Assembly: GCF_000315625.1 (NCBI RefSeq)
Contig: NW_005434650.1
Coordinates: forward strand, 628,369 to 692,368
From: Guillardia theta CCMP2712
Taxonomy: Eukaryota; Protista; Cryptophyta
DNA length: 64,000 nt
Direction: 5' to 3'
Notes under the pieces: model-generated
The model's input: the letters and a program-made list of their open reading frames with translations, nothing else
The model's database searches: none
Told to the model about the DNA's origin: nothing
Translations under genes and position numbers: made by a program
In this document: positions 23,643 to 36,200 of the stretch, in pieces
Layout: each line of letters opens with the position of its first letter
Numbering within the stretch: the first letter of the stretch is position 1

Positions 23643-26063
23643 ATGGGGGGAAAAGACGAGGAGAAGGCAGTGGAAAATGAATTCATTACGATGCTGATGA
23701 AGCATCTGGCTCTTGACAAAAGCAGTGTGAATTATTTAATCCTTTGTTTCCTCGCTTGTCATGGGATGGTCATGACGTCGGTATTGGTCCTTGCAGGTAT
23801 GCTTCGAGCCTCATTTCTTTTTCTCCATTGAATTTGTTGCACGCTCCCTACTGCACCTGTTGTATCATATACCTTCCACAGAACGTTTCTATGCCCTTGA
23901 CCGAACTTATTATATAATCTCTACAGAACTTGTTGTAATTGTATAACCTGATTAGAACTTGTTGTAATTGTATAACCTGAATAGAACTTGTTTTAATTGT
24001 ATAACCTGAATAGAACTTGTTGTAATTGTATAACCTCTATAGAACTTGTTGTGATTGAATCGTTGATGCAGATGAGAAGGACGACGTTGTCAGCAGCAGC
24101 TGCACAGTCCTGGCTGTTGCTTGGCTGACCTATTTCGTCCTCATCCAGTCGCTTCAGAACTCTTTCCTTCACACCGGATGGCTGCAAACCGCTGTCGGCA
24201 TGTCAGGCTCGGCCAGCGTCGTCCTCGCCGTGTTCGCGTCCATGTTCGTGGTCCTGGAGTACCCGGACTTTGGAGTGCTGTTCGGGACGATGTCCGTGGT
24301 GTCAAACCTTGTTTCTGTGTCAGGCTCGTGCTGTTGGGAGCTGTACTTCCTAACGCACGACAAGATCAGTGAGCTGCACGACTCGGTGAAGTGGGGTCTT
24401 GTCAGCATGGTGGTGCTGTGCGTGGGGCTCGACCTGTCGTTCATCTTCTTGGAGATCTACGGTCAGCTGATGTTGACGTTCTTCGTAGCTTGCCTGGTTG
24501 CTGTGCTCCTCCCGTTGCTGTTCTTGCCCAAGGGCATCAAGGTCCCTTCCGTAGGTGAGGAGCAAGTCGACCTAGTCCTTCATGTCTTTGGCAACTTTCT
24601 GGTCAAACATAAGGCGGAAGCGGATCAAAAGATCTACGATCACTTGCAAAATGCTAGAAAATTTGCTTCAAACTTGCACGGGATTGTGTGTATGGAGGAC
24701 AGGCTGTACGTGATGCTTGCAGGGTATGCCTTCATTGCCAACATCTATTTATCCGCAAGGCTCCTGGAAGACAACGACTTCAATCTTGGCCTCTTTTCCT
24801 GCCTGTTGATGTTGATATCGCCGATCCTGGGAGGCCTTGTCATATCCAACGATAAGCAACTGAGCAAAGAGGAAAGGAGGAGACATTTGAATGAGATTTC
24901 AATGTCTTGTCAGAGTGTTCTGAACATGATTGAGTCCAGTTGCGCTCAGGTCCAATGAGCGTCATCCTGGTTGACAAGAGTTTGACAGTTGTCTGCAGAT
25001 GCCTACCTTGAAGGTTCTGTCTTCACCGCTGACCGCTGATGTGGGACGAACTTCGTCGTCGGACCGTGTGAACAAGCCGTCTGACCCGCTGCATTGCGCT
25101 GCCTCCAACGGCGCGACGGAGAGTGAAAGAGCGAAGGTGGCGGAGCTCACGTCGAAGATTCAAGAGCTTGAGAGGAACGAGGAGAAGTTGAAGGAGGAGC
25201 GAATGAAGTCGGCCAAGGTCGTTGATCGCCAGGTGAGCGAGGATGCTCTCGGTCGGACAATCCCTTGCTGACGGTCGTGCGGCCTTGCAGAAGGAAGAGA
25301 TCGAGAACAAGAACCGAAGGATCGCTGACCTCGAGGAGCAGAACAAGGGGTTGAAGCAGGAAAACTCCCTGCTCAGCTCGAGCAAGGCTGCCAACTCTGA
25401 GTTGAACGGTTCCAGCGAGTCGCACATGGGGGGTCACTCAGTTGGAAAGGAGCAGAGGGGACGAGTTGGTCCGAGGGCAGAGGAGCAGGAGCAGCAGGTG
25501 AAAGCTCTTTCGCTCGAGATCGAGGGGCTGCGGAAGAAGGTGTTAGACGCTGAAGCAGAGTGCGTGCGCATGCGGCAGAGCCGCGATCGCGAGTTGGAGC
25601 AGGTGAAGAGTGAGCTGGGGCTGCAGGACAAGAGGAGAGTCGAGCTGGAGGCGGAGGCGTCAAGGGTTCGTGCCAAGGCGGCAGAGCTAGAGGAACTGCT
25701 GTCGCAGAGCAACAAGAAGCTCGAGGAGGCTCTGAAGTCGGTCAAAGATGCCATCCAAGGGTCCAAGGAGGAGGCAAAGATTGACGAGAAGTCGTTAAGC
25801 TCGCCTGTCCATGTTCACCGAGTGCTGCTGGGGGCTGCAGGGGAAGGCCAAAGGACCACGTTCACTCACCCAAGGAAGTACGTGGAGCCGGCCGGACAGA
25901 ATCAGCGGGAGCAGGAGCAGGAGCAGGTTAATCAGGCTGAGAACGGAGTGACCATAGGGGAGGTGGAGATGGCTGCTGTTTTTCTCGCCTGTCGCAGCTG
26001 TCGAGCATGTTGATCTAGAGCAACTGGACGCATCAAAGGACGACGCCCTCTGGTGCTTCTGAA
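23643..26063 (+). CDS. Uncharacterised multi-pass membrane protein with long C-terminal coiled coil; 3' end uncertain
   Basis: Exon MGGKDEEK..VLVLA splices (intron ~23798-24071) in frame into the hydrophobic ORF 24200-24958, then coiled-coil ORFs 24999-25271 and 25243-26013. Confidence 0.6.
23925..24057. repeat. 29-bp AT-rich minisatellite (~4.6 copies) in an intron
   Basis: agaacttgttgtaattgtataacctga(t/a)t starting at 23925, 23954, 23983, 24012 and 24041 (partial). Confidence 0.95.
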
Positions 26064-26314
26064 GGATTTCATTTGTCGAATCTCTTAACCTCTCGTGCCC
26101 CCTCCCTCTCCCACCCTCCCCTTGGGCTCTTTCTCAACCCCTCCCTCGCTATTTTCCTGCTCATCTTAACATTTTTTCCATTTGCAGCATATTGAACTTA
26201 TCTGCTTTCGTTCGCTTGCCCTAAGCCTCCAACATCCACTTGCCCTGCTTGTTTCTTCTTTGCGCATCTCTCTTCCTTCTCTGAAAGTGCTAAAAGCATC
26301 GATATCATTTCTGC

Positions 26315-28874
26315 TCATATCACGATGATGTTGTGCTTCACAGAAGAGGAGGAGGAGGAGGAGGAGGAGGAGGAGGAGGAGGAAAAAAGTCTCCATAGCA
26401 GTTGAGCTGCCCTCTCCCACGAGCGCACCCAGACCTCTGGTCGGAACAGGAAACTGCTCCTTCTCAGTCAGCCATCGCAAAGACGCCCGTCTCCTCACCT
26501 GCTGCTCCGAGTTGCCTGCAGCCTCCTCCTCACCTCTGCCAGCTTCTTGTAGCGGGGGAACGGGGGGCACTTGCAAGATGCGCCTGCTTCACAGCTGGGC
26601 TGCAGCAGGCGCCGAGCGATCATGAGGAAGTCCTCCTCGTTCCTAGCGGTGAGATGAGAGATGCCGAGATCCTCGTTGAGACTTGATCCTAGAACATGCA
26701 CACCGGTCAAAGTGGGAGTGAAGTGAATTTGGATGCCAGAAGAACGAGGAGGAGGGAGGAGGGAGGCAGAGTTGGGGGAAGGAGGATTGAGGATGGAGGA
26801 GGAGGAGAAGGAGGAAGGAGGAAGGAGGAAGGAGGAGGAGTAGGGAGGGAAGAGGAGGAGGAGGAGGAGGGAGTGAGAGCAGGAGTATGGGTAGTAGGGT
26901 ATTAGATGAGGATGGAAGATGGAAGGGAGCAAGAGCTTGCGAGGGAGGAGAGGAGAATACCAACTCGATCACAAAGTCGTTCTCCGGGCAGCGTAAGAGT
27001 TGGAACCCCCGCCCAGAGAGCGTCCGCTGCTGTGCCATGAGCCCCGTAGCGGAGCGTGTCGAGATGTATCCAAGCGCGAGACTGGGAGGAATGAGTCGTG
27101 AGTTGAAAACAAGGGGCAGGAGGAGGAGGAAGAAGGATGCGGGAAGGAATGATGAGGAGGAAGAGGGATAACAGCAAGACCTTGAGGCTGATGTGCTCGG
27201 ATTCTTCGCTCAATTCAGTGAATTTCAGTCGTTGAGAAGAGATGTTTATCGAATGTGCTTGTGATCTGAGATGTCCTGCAGCAACATCCGCGTTGTTTCC
27301 TGCAAGATTTGATCAGATCAGATGCACGTACAGCCTGGTTTCAACAATGGATTCTGCTGTCGTCTCAAAATGATACGAGAGAAGTGAACTTTGAGAGAAT
27401 GGCTCTATACGACATGTATCTTGTCGTTTTCATATGGATTTGCCTTACCATGCTTCAACAACCAGAGAGCCGAGTCGTCGTCCGACAGAAGAGCTCTCAT
27501 CCACAGCGACCAGGTTGACCTCCACAGAGTCGTCAGACACCACGAGCACAACCTACCTCCTCACCTGTCGATCTTCAGCATCCTGTTAAAAGACGCGAGA
27601 ATGGGGCGATGGCCACAAGTCGACGTATTGATCCCTTCCTCCTCGGCTTCCTCCCGCGGCTGCTGCTCAAACTGCCAGCAAGTTCAGCACCCTGGCCTGC
27701 CGGACGCGACGAGGGACCTTCTCGGGGTTTCCAAGAGGGGGATGAGGGAACATATGAGCATGATCGGTCGCCAAGAAGGTGTGGGGGAGAACGACAAGCT
27801 TCTCCGACATCATCATCGAGTGTTCTGGTGGGACAACAACCTTGTCCGACAGGTACAAGTCGATCCAACAGGCTCCCGAGGTCCCCGCGTAGCTCCTGAA
27901 CAGCAGCTGGAGAGGAGCTGGACGCAGAGCAAGGACGTCTGCTCGTGCTCCCTTCGTGTGGCCGTTGAGGTCGAGCAAGATCTGCAGGACTGAATTTCAG
28001 ATTCTAGGAAGCAGGAGGGGAGAGGAACAGAGGCAGAGGGGGAAAGCAAGCTTCTCGTCACCATGATCTGTGCGGAGGAGATGCTTTCAGCCAGCTCTTG
28101 GGAGGAGGAGCTACGGCCAGTTACTGGTTCGACGCCGTGGATGACGTTCTCGACAGCAGCTTCCACCCTCCTCCTGCACTGACTCCCATCGCTCTTTGTC
28201 GTCATGATTGCGACGATGTGGAACTTTCTTGTGCTGTGGCTGGCCAGAAGCGTCTGCATGCTTTGACAAACAGTGTGAGCTCCGAAGTCGCTGGACATGT
28301 ATCCTATCGTGATTCGCCGATCTTGCCGCTTGCTCAGCGTCACGACGAGCTCAGGTAGCAGCAGGCGGCAGCTCCTCGCAACATGGTCCGCGTGATTCCT
28401 GCTCACCTCCAGCTGGACTCTTGGGTTCACGTCGTACACCTGCGCCTCCCACGGGGTGAGAGAAGAGAGGTTCCCCCACCACCTGGTCTTCCTGCCCTCC
28501 TGCTGGGGTTGGAGCTGGTGAGGTATCAGTACCTTCATCATCCACTCGAAAAGCTCCTCAAATTCTTCCCACTTGCATAATTCCCGCAGTCGGAGCAGGA
28601 CGGACGCGAACGCGTTTGACAGCAGCTGCTCTCCACCTGGGAAACTCCCGAGCTCGAGAGCCTCCCTGTAGTACCTTCCTGCTGCAGGGAAGTTTCCCAG
28701 CTCCTTCTCAGCTCGTCCGAGGGCCCCGAGGATCTGAGCTCTGTGCGGGTCAACCACTGCGCCCCACCTGTGCATCTTGAGGGCCTTGTGCAAGTGTTCG
28801 CGAGCTTCGACGAAGTTCTCAATGTCCAGGAGGACGATACCGAGGTCCTCGTGCAGGAACGCTGAAGTATGACC

Positions 28875-28933
<59 letters not shown>

Positions 28934-29790
28934 CGTCGGAAGGGGAGGGCATGGATGAGCAGCTTGCGATTCCAGTTTGAAGCCACTTTCTCGCTTTCTT
29001 CAGCTTCTTGCCCTCCCTGAGCGTTTTGCCCATCCCAAGGAAAGCGTCGCATATCACTGCACGTTGGCAGACCTGGCTCCTTCCAGCAGAAACTTGGGGT
29101 TGAGATGATGGAAGCTTATGCGCCCCGCACAGGGTGAGCACCTTCTTGAATGACTTCTCGGCGCCCTCAAGTTTCCTCGCCTCCAACAGGGTCCTCGCGT
29201 ATGCGAGCAGCAGGGACATGTCTTCCTTCTGCTGCTCCATCAGCTCCTTGTAGATATTGAGCGCTTCCTTGTACCTGTTCAACTTTCGCAAGACGAGAGC
29301 ATACTTGACCCAGACCTGCGCGTTCTGTGGCCCCTCGGCAAGCGCTGCCTTGTAGTATCTCGCGGCGTCTTCATACCTCTCCAGCATGGAGTAAGCCTGC
29401 GCTAGGAAAGGAAGTGCAGCTGTTCGATGCTCCTTGAGAGCTTCTTCATAGCACCTCACTGCTTGCTCCCAATCGCTCTTTCGCTCAGCGATGGCGCATT
29501 TTAGCATCTGGTCATCCGTGCTTAGCTCCAACCCTGCCTCCTCTCGCTGCAAGATCGTTTGTTCAGCTTCATCGACATGTCCAAGTTGGAAGTGAGAGAG
29601 TGCAAGATGTGTGTAGACGATCGTCTTCTGCTGAGTTGACAGTTCTCGTTGGAATCTCCGCAGGAGTATGCTCAAACAACGCACAGTGCGCGAGAAATGA
29701 AGGGCTTCAACTGACCGGCAGGAAGCAGCCCAGGCTGAAGCAGCATATCCTTAGTGTCGCTCTCCTTGCATGGCTCGTTCAAACAGGGAG
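26315..29790 (-). CDS. TPR-containing GT41 protein O-glycosyltransferase (OGT/SEC-like); 5' end uncertain (near gap)
   Basis: Multiple TPRs in ORF 27813-29684; IGYMSSDFGAH, LDLNGHTKGAR..LALRPAPLQ, ASFNRMLKID, LDTLRYGAHGTAADALWAGVP, terminal FLFRPEVWVRSWERAAQLLW..IIVI*. Confidence 0.88.
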
Positions 29791-30020
29791 CGAGTGAAAA
29801 CGTCAAGATCAGGATCAGCACTCTTGCAAATTGGAAGGGTGAACACATTCGTCAGTGAGGAGGGGAGGAATGAGGGAACTAAGGCGAGGGAGGGAGTGGG
29901 AGGGGAGGGGGAGAGGGGAGGGGAAGGGAGGGGAGGGGAAGGGAGGGGAGGGGAAGGAGGGAGGGAGGGAGGGAGGGGAGGGGAGGGGGGAGGGGGGGAG
30001 GGGAGGGAAGGTTGGTGGGT

Positions 30021-30120
30021 NNNNNNNNNNNNNNNNNNNNNNNNNNNNNNNNNNNNNNNNNNNNNNNNNNNNNNNNNNNNNNNNNNNNNNNNNNNNNNNN
30101 NNNNNNNNNNNNNNNNNNNN
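30021..30120. other. Assembly gap (100 N) flanked by G/A-rich low-complexity sequence
   Basis: Run of n. Confidence 1.
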
Positions 30121-30738
30121 GCACGGGGGCGACAATGTATTCATGGCAGGGGTGGTAAAACAAGGAATAATTGGGGTGGGGTTACGTACCGAGTTGAGTA
30201 AAAGAATCGCGGCGGATCGCACTATGCGGAAGAAGAGGGGGAGGGAGGGGTGAGGGAGGAGGGAGGAGGGAGGAGGGAGTAGGGGGCGATCATGTTGGGG
30301 AAGACGGTAAAGGAGGTGGAGGAGTTGAGTTGAGTGTTGGAGCATCTCATGCAGTGGGAGATACCTTGAGATCCGTTTCAAGGCAGGAGCAGGATTCTGT
30401 GTGTGGGAAGCATGGCCCTGCTTGTAAGTTTGAAGCGACAATGAAGGGGAACGATAGCAAAATGATGAGAATCGAAGATCAACTATGAGCAGAGATGAGA
30501 TGTAGTATTTTCCGGGCTGTTTGGGGGAGCAGGGAGTGAGAGGAAGGTGTTTACATGTATGGTCGTATCTTGCGCATCGGGAGAATCTTTCTTCATCTTT
30601 CCAGTCCCCGTTAGATTTCCTCTTCCAGCCCTTCTGATTCGCTTCCTGCTCTTTCCCTGCAGGTCGAGACTTGTTCCGGAGGAGATGCAGAGCTAGAGAC
30701 CATCCTGGATCGATACCATGATAGTCTCCTCGAGCCGC

Positions 30739-33104
30739 ATGCGCGGCCTCTGTGTTTGTCTGGTTCTTTGCTCCGTCACCAGCCATGTCTTTCCTTCCAC
30801 TAGCACGAATTTCTTCTACTCAGACGGGTATTGCTTGCCTTCAAGTTCCAAGGGTCTCAGAAAGGCTGCCGTTCCCGGCAGCAGGGAGAAACTGGGCGTC
30901 TTGGGCTCCTTTGGAACCGCGCTGCACTCGACAGAGTTGCTGGATAGGATGCTCTCTACTGTGAGGTTAAGAGGAGGATCAAACGCTGAGGGAGGCGAGA
31001 ATGAAGATGAACCTCCTCGTCCTCCTATCGATGACTATCCTCCTCCTAGCGAAGAAGGCGACTTCCGTCCCAACACGGGCCGAGGAGGCTACAGGGACGA
31101 CCGCGACATAGAGGACGCGCGGCATCCAGATCATGCAGACTCATGGCGAAATGTGGATGAGTATCCTCCCGAAGGAGACTGGGCCGATCGCCGGAGGGGC
31201 AGCCGATCCGGAGGCTACAGGTGTCACTCGACGATCCCTTCCTATCCTGACGCGATGAGCAGAAGGAGAGCTGGCGGGCGTGACAGAGGCTACGGGGGAG
31301 GCTTTCAAGTGAGCAACGGAGCTTATGTAGTAGCGTGAATGACGCTCGTGTGAGCAGGACGATGATAGAAACGATGATGGAGGCATCCCTCCTCCTCCAC
31401 AGGAGGACAGGTATCATGAAGGTCGACCAGCCGATCACCGCGATCCTCGGGATCGAAGTTTTCGAGAAGGCATTCTTCACAGGGAGTACGAGAGGGCACA
31501 GGATCCTGAGTTCGATCGGAGAGCCCCGACGAGGTGAGAGGGTCAGGAGCGACTTCTCAGCTCGAAACTCACATCCTGCCTCAGACCACCGTTCGATGAC
31601 TACGAAGATTCGAGAAGGCCAGAGAAGGAAAACGAACCTCCTGGGGGCCGGCAGGAGGCTCGAGATCTGGACAGGGCGGCTAGGCCTGTTCCTTACCTTC
31701 CACGAGGATATGACTATGAGGAGAGGTGAGGCTCGAAGTAGTCTCATGACAAACGAACCCCCTGACCTAGTCAAAGGAGGCGGTCAGGACGGTTTGACGC
31801 ACGAGGGCCTCCTTCCCCGTATGACCAGCGATCCCGGTAGATCCCTTGGGGCACATGGTGGCCACGAGTGTCCTGATAGCCTTCAGGTACGATCGACCCT
31901 TGTCTCCGCCCAGGTTCAGCCGAGGTAGAGAGCGCGATCCCCGCGACCGAGACCCAGCCGATCGAGATCGCTATCGAAGCTATGGGCGAGGCAGAGCCGT
32001 CGACCAGCCACCGTATGAGAGGGATGCCTACTGGTGGAAGCGATATTTGCTTGATCGCAGGGTTGACGAGCTCGAGCAGGTCAAGAGATCGCACTCCCAG
32101 CATCCCCAAGGATCGTCGCTACCCTGATCCCAGGTGGGGGTCGAGAGGAATTTTCAGCTGCACTATGTGATGTTGGTGAAGGGCCGGCGAACCCGTCAGT
32201 CTGCTGATTCGCAATCTCTCTCGCTCAACTACAGCGGAAACGCTTAGACAGGCAGACTAGTTTGCAGAAAGACGTGAGAACACAGCTGACTCTCCCATCA
32301 GGTCTTCAACAGGTTTGGGAGGATTCTAGACGTTTACATCCCTCGTTCCTATTACAAAGGCATCCCAAGGGGTTTTGCCTTCGTGGAGTTTGAGAATTAT
32401 CTGGACTGCAAGGTCACTGGTGATGCCTGTCAGCCTGTTGAGCTCACGGAGGCTGTGCAGGCGGCTCTGAGGAGCTACGACGGAACGAGACTCGACGGGC
32501 GAGTCCTCAGCATCTGCTACGCACAGTGAGCTGCCCGTTGATGTGCTGCCGTGGTACTGACGAGTCGCTGGCAAGAATGAATAGGAAGAGCTCGGGGGAA
32601 ATGAGGAGGAGGAATCGCCAACCTCGCCATCCTGAGAGCTACAAGCGCCCGAGGCTTGATTCTGTTGACGAAGGCGGGCCAAGAGACAATCGGGACGAGT
32701 TTCCTCCTCCTCCTCGACCCGGCAGCACAGAACCTTTCTCCCGCTCCGTAGATCGGAGAGCTCGTGAGGACGAAGATGCTTATCGTGGACCCGATGGGCC
32801 GGATCGAGATGACAGCCCAGGCAGAGGGGAAAGATGGAGGACGCACGAAGAGGCTGAGGCGAGAGCTTGGCGAGATGTGGAAGGGCCCGGTGGAGAGGGG
32901 AGATGGAGAGAGGACGACCGAGATGGAGAAGATAGGAGAGAGGAAGAGGAGACTAGAGACAGAGAGCATGGAGAGGAGCAGGAGTCCCATGACAGGGACC
33001 CTCCTGCTCCTGAAAATGGAGGATACAGTGAAGGCCAGCGCGAGCAAGGGGCATCAGAGCATCACGATGACAACTACAAGCCCGACGAGCACCACGAGGG
33101 ATGA
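30739..33104 (+). CDS. SR-like RRM protein (SC35/SCL-type RRM) with R/D-rich repeats and signal peptide + LRGG leader; multi-exon
   Basis: SLLIRNL (RNP2), DVYIPRSYYKGIPRGFAFVEF (RNP1), MNRKSSGEMR; RD/RS-rich flanks; N-terminal MRGLCVCLVLCSVTS...VRLRGGS. Confidence 0.8.
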
Positions 33105-33204
33105 AATTTCCTTCAAACATAACATATGTACAAGTATGCAATCCTGTCTAACCGAGTCTTGCTATAAATAAACTATGACCATGCATGGAGCCAGCGCCGA
33201 AATG

Positions 33205-36200
33205 TCATAGATCATCGTCCATGTCGATCTCCTTGCTCAACCAGATGCACTGAGGAGCAATCTCCTGTGATATCCCCCGTACGTGTGTCAGGACCTGATT
33301 GTAATGCACGTCTTCGAACTTGCCATGCTGCAGCCTCTGCTCGTAGGGAGGAAGGATTTCCATAAGCGCCCTCAGGTTATTGACCGCCTCGACCTCCACA
33401 CGCTGAAGGTGCCGCTGCAAGGAGTCGTTAGCACTGCTCTTCTGCTTATGAGATTCCAACTCGACCATGACGATCTTCCTGATCATGAACGTCAGCATCT
33501 CGCTGATGTTGACTTGGTTCCCAGGGACGCTCTGGTAACTTTGGGAGCACTTCCTGGTGACTTCCTTGGGCAGGGGAGGCGGCAAGACCGTGCGGGGGAT
33601 TCCGACGGGAACGAGGATGCTGGTAACGCTATCAGCTTCCTGCGAGCCATTTGAAGAGTTGATAGAGTCGTGCCGACTCCCTGACGTTGACACTCCGGGG
33701 CTGGCTGGAGCAACGAGCGACATCGTCATTCCTGCATTCCGACCATTCACACTGTCCTTGACTGTGCAATGATTGGCAGCGAGCGGGTGGCCAACCACTG
33801 CGTTCGGAGAATGCTTGATGACTGTTGGGTGAGGGTTCGCCATGCCATTGGGGTAAATCAGAGGAGCATTGTCCGAGCCGTTGCTTCCTTGACCTTGCTT
33901 TTGAATTCTCTTCGTCGCCATCAGATCTACAACGTAAGCCTCCGGTGCCTGGGGATGGCAAGGAAACCCTGCAGTGACGGCAGGTCGATCAGCACTTGCC
34001 CCTTTGCTTCCTCCAGACTTCCGGCCTTTCTTCGGCCCTTGTCTTCCTTGGCTCAAATTCACACCGGGCGGGTTCTTCAGCAGGCCTGGCACCTGAGAAT
34101 GACCATTGGAGAATTGCGAAGCAACCAATTCGTGAGGACTAGCAACAACAGTGTTCAGCCCCTGATTGAGTGTAAGATGTTGAGCTTTTCCATCCTTCTT
34201 GTCCCCTTTATATACGGAGCTCGCCAGCAGCGGTGATGTTCTGCTCAAAGGTAGAAGGGTTGGAAGCTGATTGCCCAAACTGACATGCGCCATCGATCCA
34301 GAGACATTAGAGACGGGCTGAGCATTCGAGATCATATTCAAGTCGTTTCTGACTGGACCATTCGAGCTGGGAACAACCGATAAGCTCAATTCATGTGGCT
34401 TTGCAATGGTTGTAGAAGGCACATTCGACTGAAGGACTGTCGGTGCTCCCTTCTCCATTCCCAAGTACTGTCTTTGCTGCTGACTCTCACCTTGGCTCAG
34501 AAACCTCGTCATGGCCTCCACATTGCTGTGCAGTTTCTCCAGGTCCTTCCCCCTCTCGGTCGACACAGCCATTGAAACATCGCTCGGGTTAATTGCTACG
34601 CCAGATGCCCGTGCATGTCCATTATTCTGAGGAGGCATCACACTTTGGGGGGAAGTTCCGAATTCGACGGCTCGAGGACCTTGTCCCTTCTTTCTCCCTT
34701 TCTTCTTGTTGTTGGCTTGACTTCGGTTTGTAGTGCAAATTCCTCCGAATTCATTTCCTTGAGCGCTAAGAGGATTCAATTCTGTGTGTTGAATGATCAC
34801 ACCGACCTCTCCTTGGTCCTTTGCAAGTTCACTGGAGTTCATAATGGCAAACGTTGTCTGAGCATCATTCCCACTTTCAGTCTTCACTGCATGGTTCATC
34901 ACAGCTGTAGAAACGTCATCTTTCTTAATGGCCGGCAGAGCATGCGAGTTTTCCAGTCCGTTCAACGTCAATTGCACTTCTGCTACCGTCTCTATCAAGC
35001 TAGAATTATTTGATTTCACCTCCAAAGTCAATGCTTCCTGACCAGAGCTTGCGGGTGTATCCTCTTTTGTGACTGAAGATTGCGGTATTGGTCCAGTATC
35101 ATTCTCCAGTTTCTTTTCGTCTGCTATGCTCTCCTGACTACACTTTTCTGTGGAGACGTTTTCTTGCTGTGATGACAAATTTGGTTGTGATTTCTCAGCC
35201 TCGGACGAACCAGCAACTGCAATTGGAGTCTGTGAATCAACGTTAGGGTTCAACACTTTGTCCTCTGATTTGACATGTTCATGGCTGGTCAGACTGAAAT
35301 CAACATCGTTGTCTACTTCCAGAAATTCAAAGTCTGCATGATCACCACCATAATCTTGGCGATCTTGCTTCTGTGAGTCCCCTTGAAGCTTGCTCTTCTC
35401 AGACAACAACAAGTGCTCTCGATGTTTCTTCAATTTCGAAAATCTATCCAGCTTCGTCATGCTGTTTGCAGCCTTTGTCCTCTTAGAAATCATCACAGAA
35501 TTTTCTCTGATGTTCTTCGAAAAAGGACGTAACCGCTTCAATTCTTGCAATTCTTTTCTTTTCCTGTTGAAAGCAAATGATTGCGACCTCTTCTTTTTCA
35601 ATCCAAGATCAAGAGCAAGTTTCGAGTTGTCACAACGAAATGCAAAGTGCTTCCGTTGCTCAAAGTTCTCGATTCCTCGGATATTCCCAACAACACCTTT
35701 CTGTGCTGCTTCTGAAGCTCCGAAGTCATCACACTCTAAATCCATTGGAAACTGAATCTTCTGTTCATATAGCCTCCATACTTTCTCCAAACCTGATTCA
35801 AAGCTTCTTATCCACCTTTCTGGATCGAATAGTGGAGCGCTTAATCGGTTAGCTTGCAGTTTCGTCTTCCATTCTCTCAACATCACCGGATCGTTTCCAA
35901 GTTTTACCGCCAATTCTTCATACTCCGCTAGATTCGATACTGCCATTTCAGGCATTCCGACAGACTTTGCGATACATGTAGCCACAAGCGAAGGCCAGTT
36001 ATCGCCACTGACAGTCACGAAGGGAACTCCAGCCCACAGCATATCACTAGCTGTTGTATGTCCGTTGTAAACAATGGTATCCAAGCAGAGGTCGGCCAGC
36101 GTGACTCGTTTGAGATGTTCGATCTTCGGGCTACAGGGTGGTCCAAACACAAGGCGTTCTGGGGGTATTCCTGATCGTTTCGCTTGTAGTTGTAGCCTTG

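Noticed and set aside
23925-24057. CRISPR-like array (29-bp repeats)
   Set aside because: Repeats are contiguous with no unique spacers, no cas genes are present, and the array lies in a eukaryotic intron.
29815-30786. 323-aa ORF spanning the N gap
   Set aside because: Built from low-complexity sequence and Ns; no recognisable domain.
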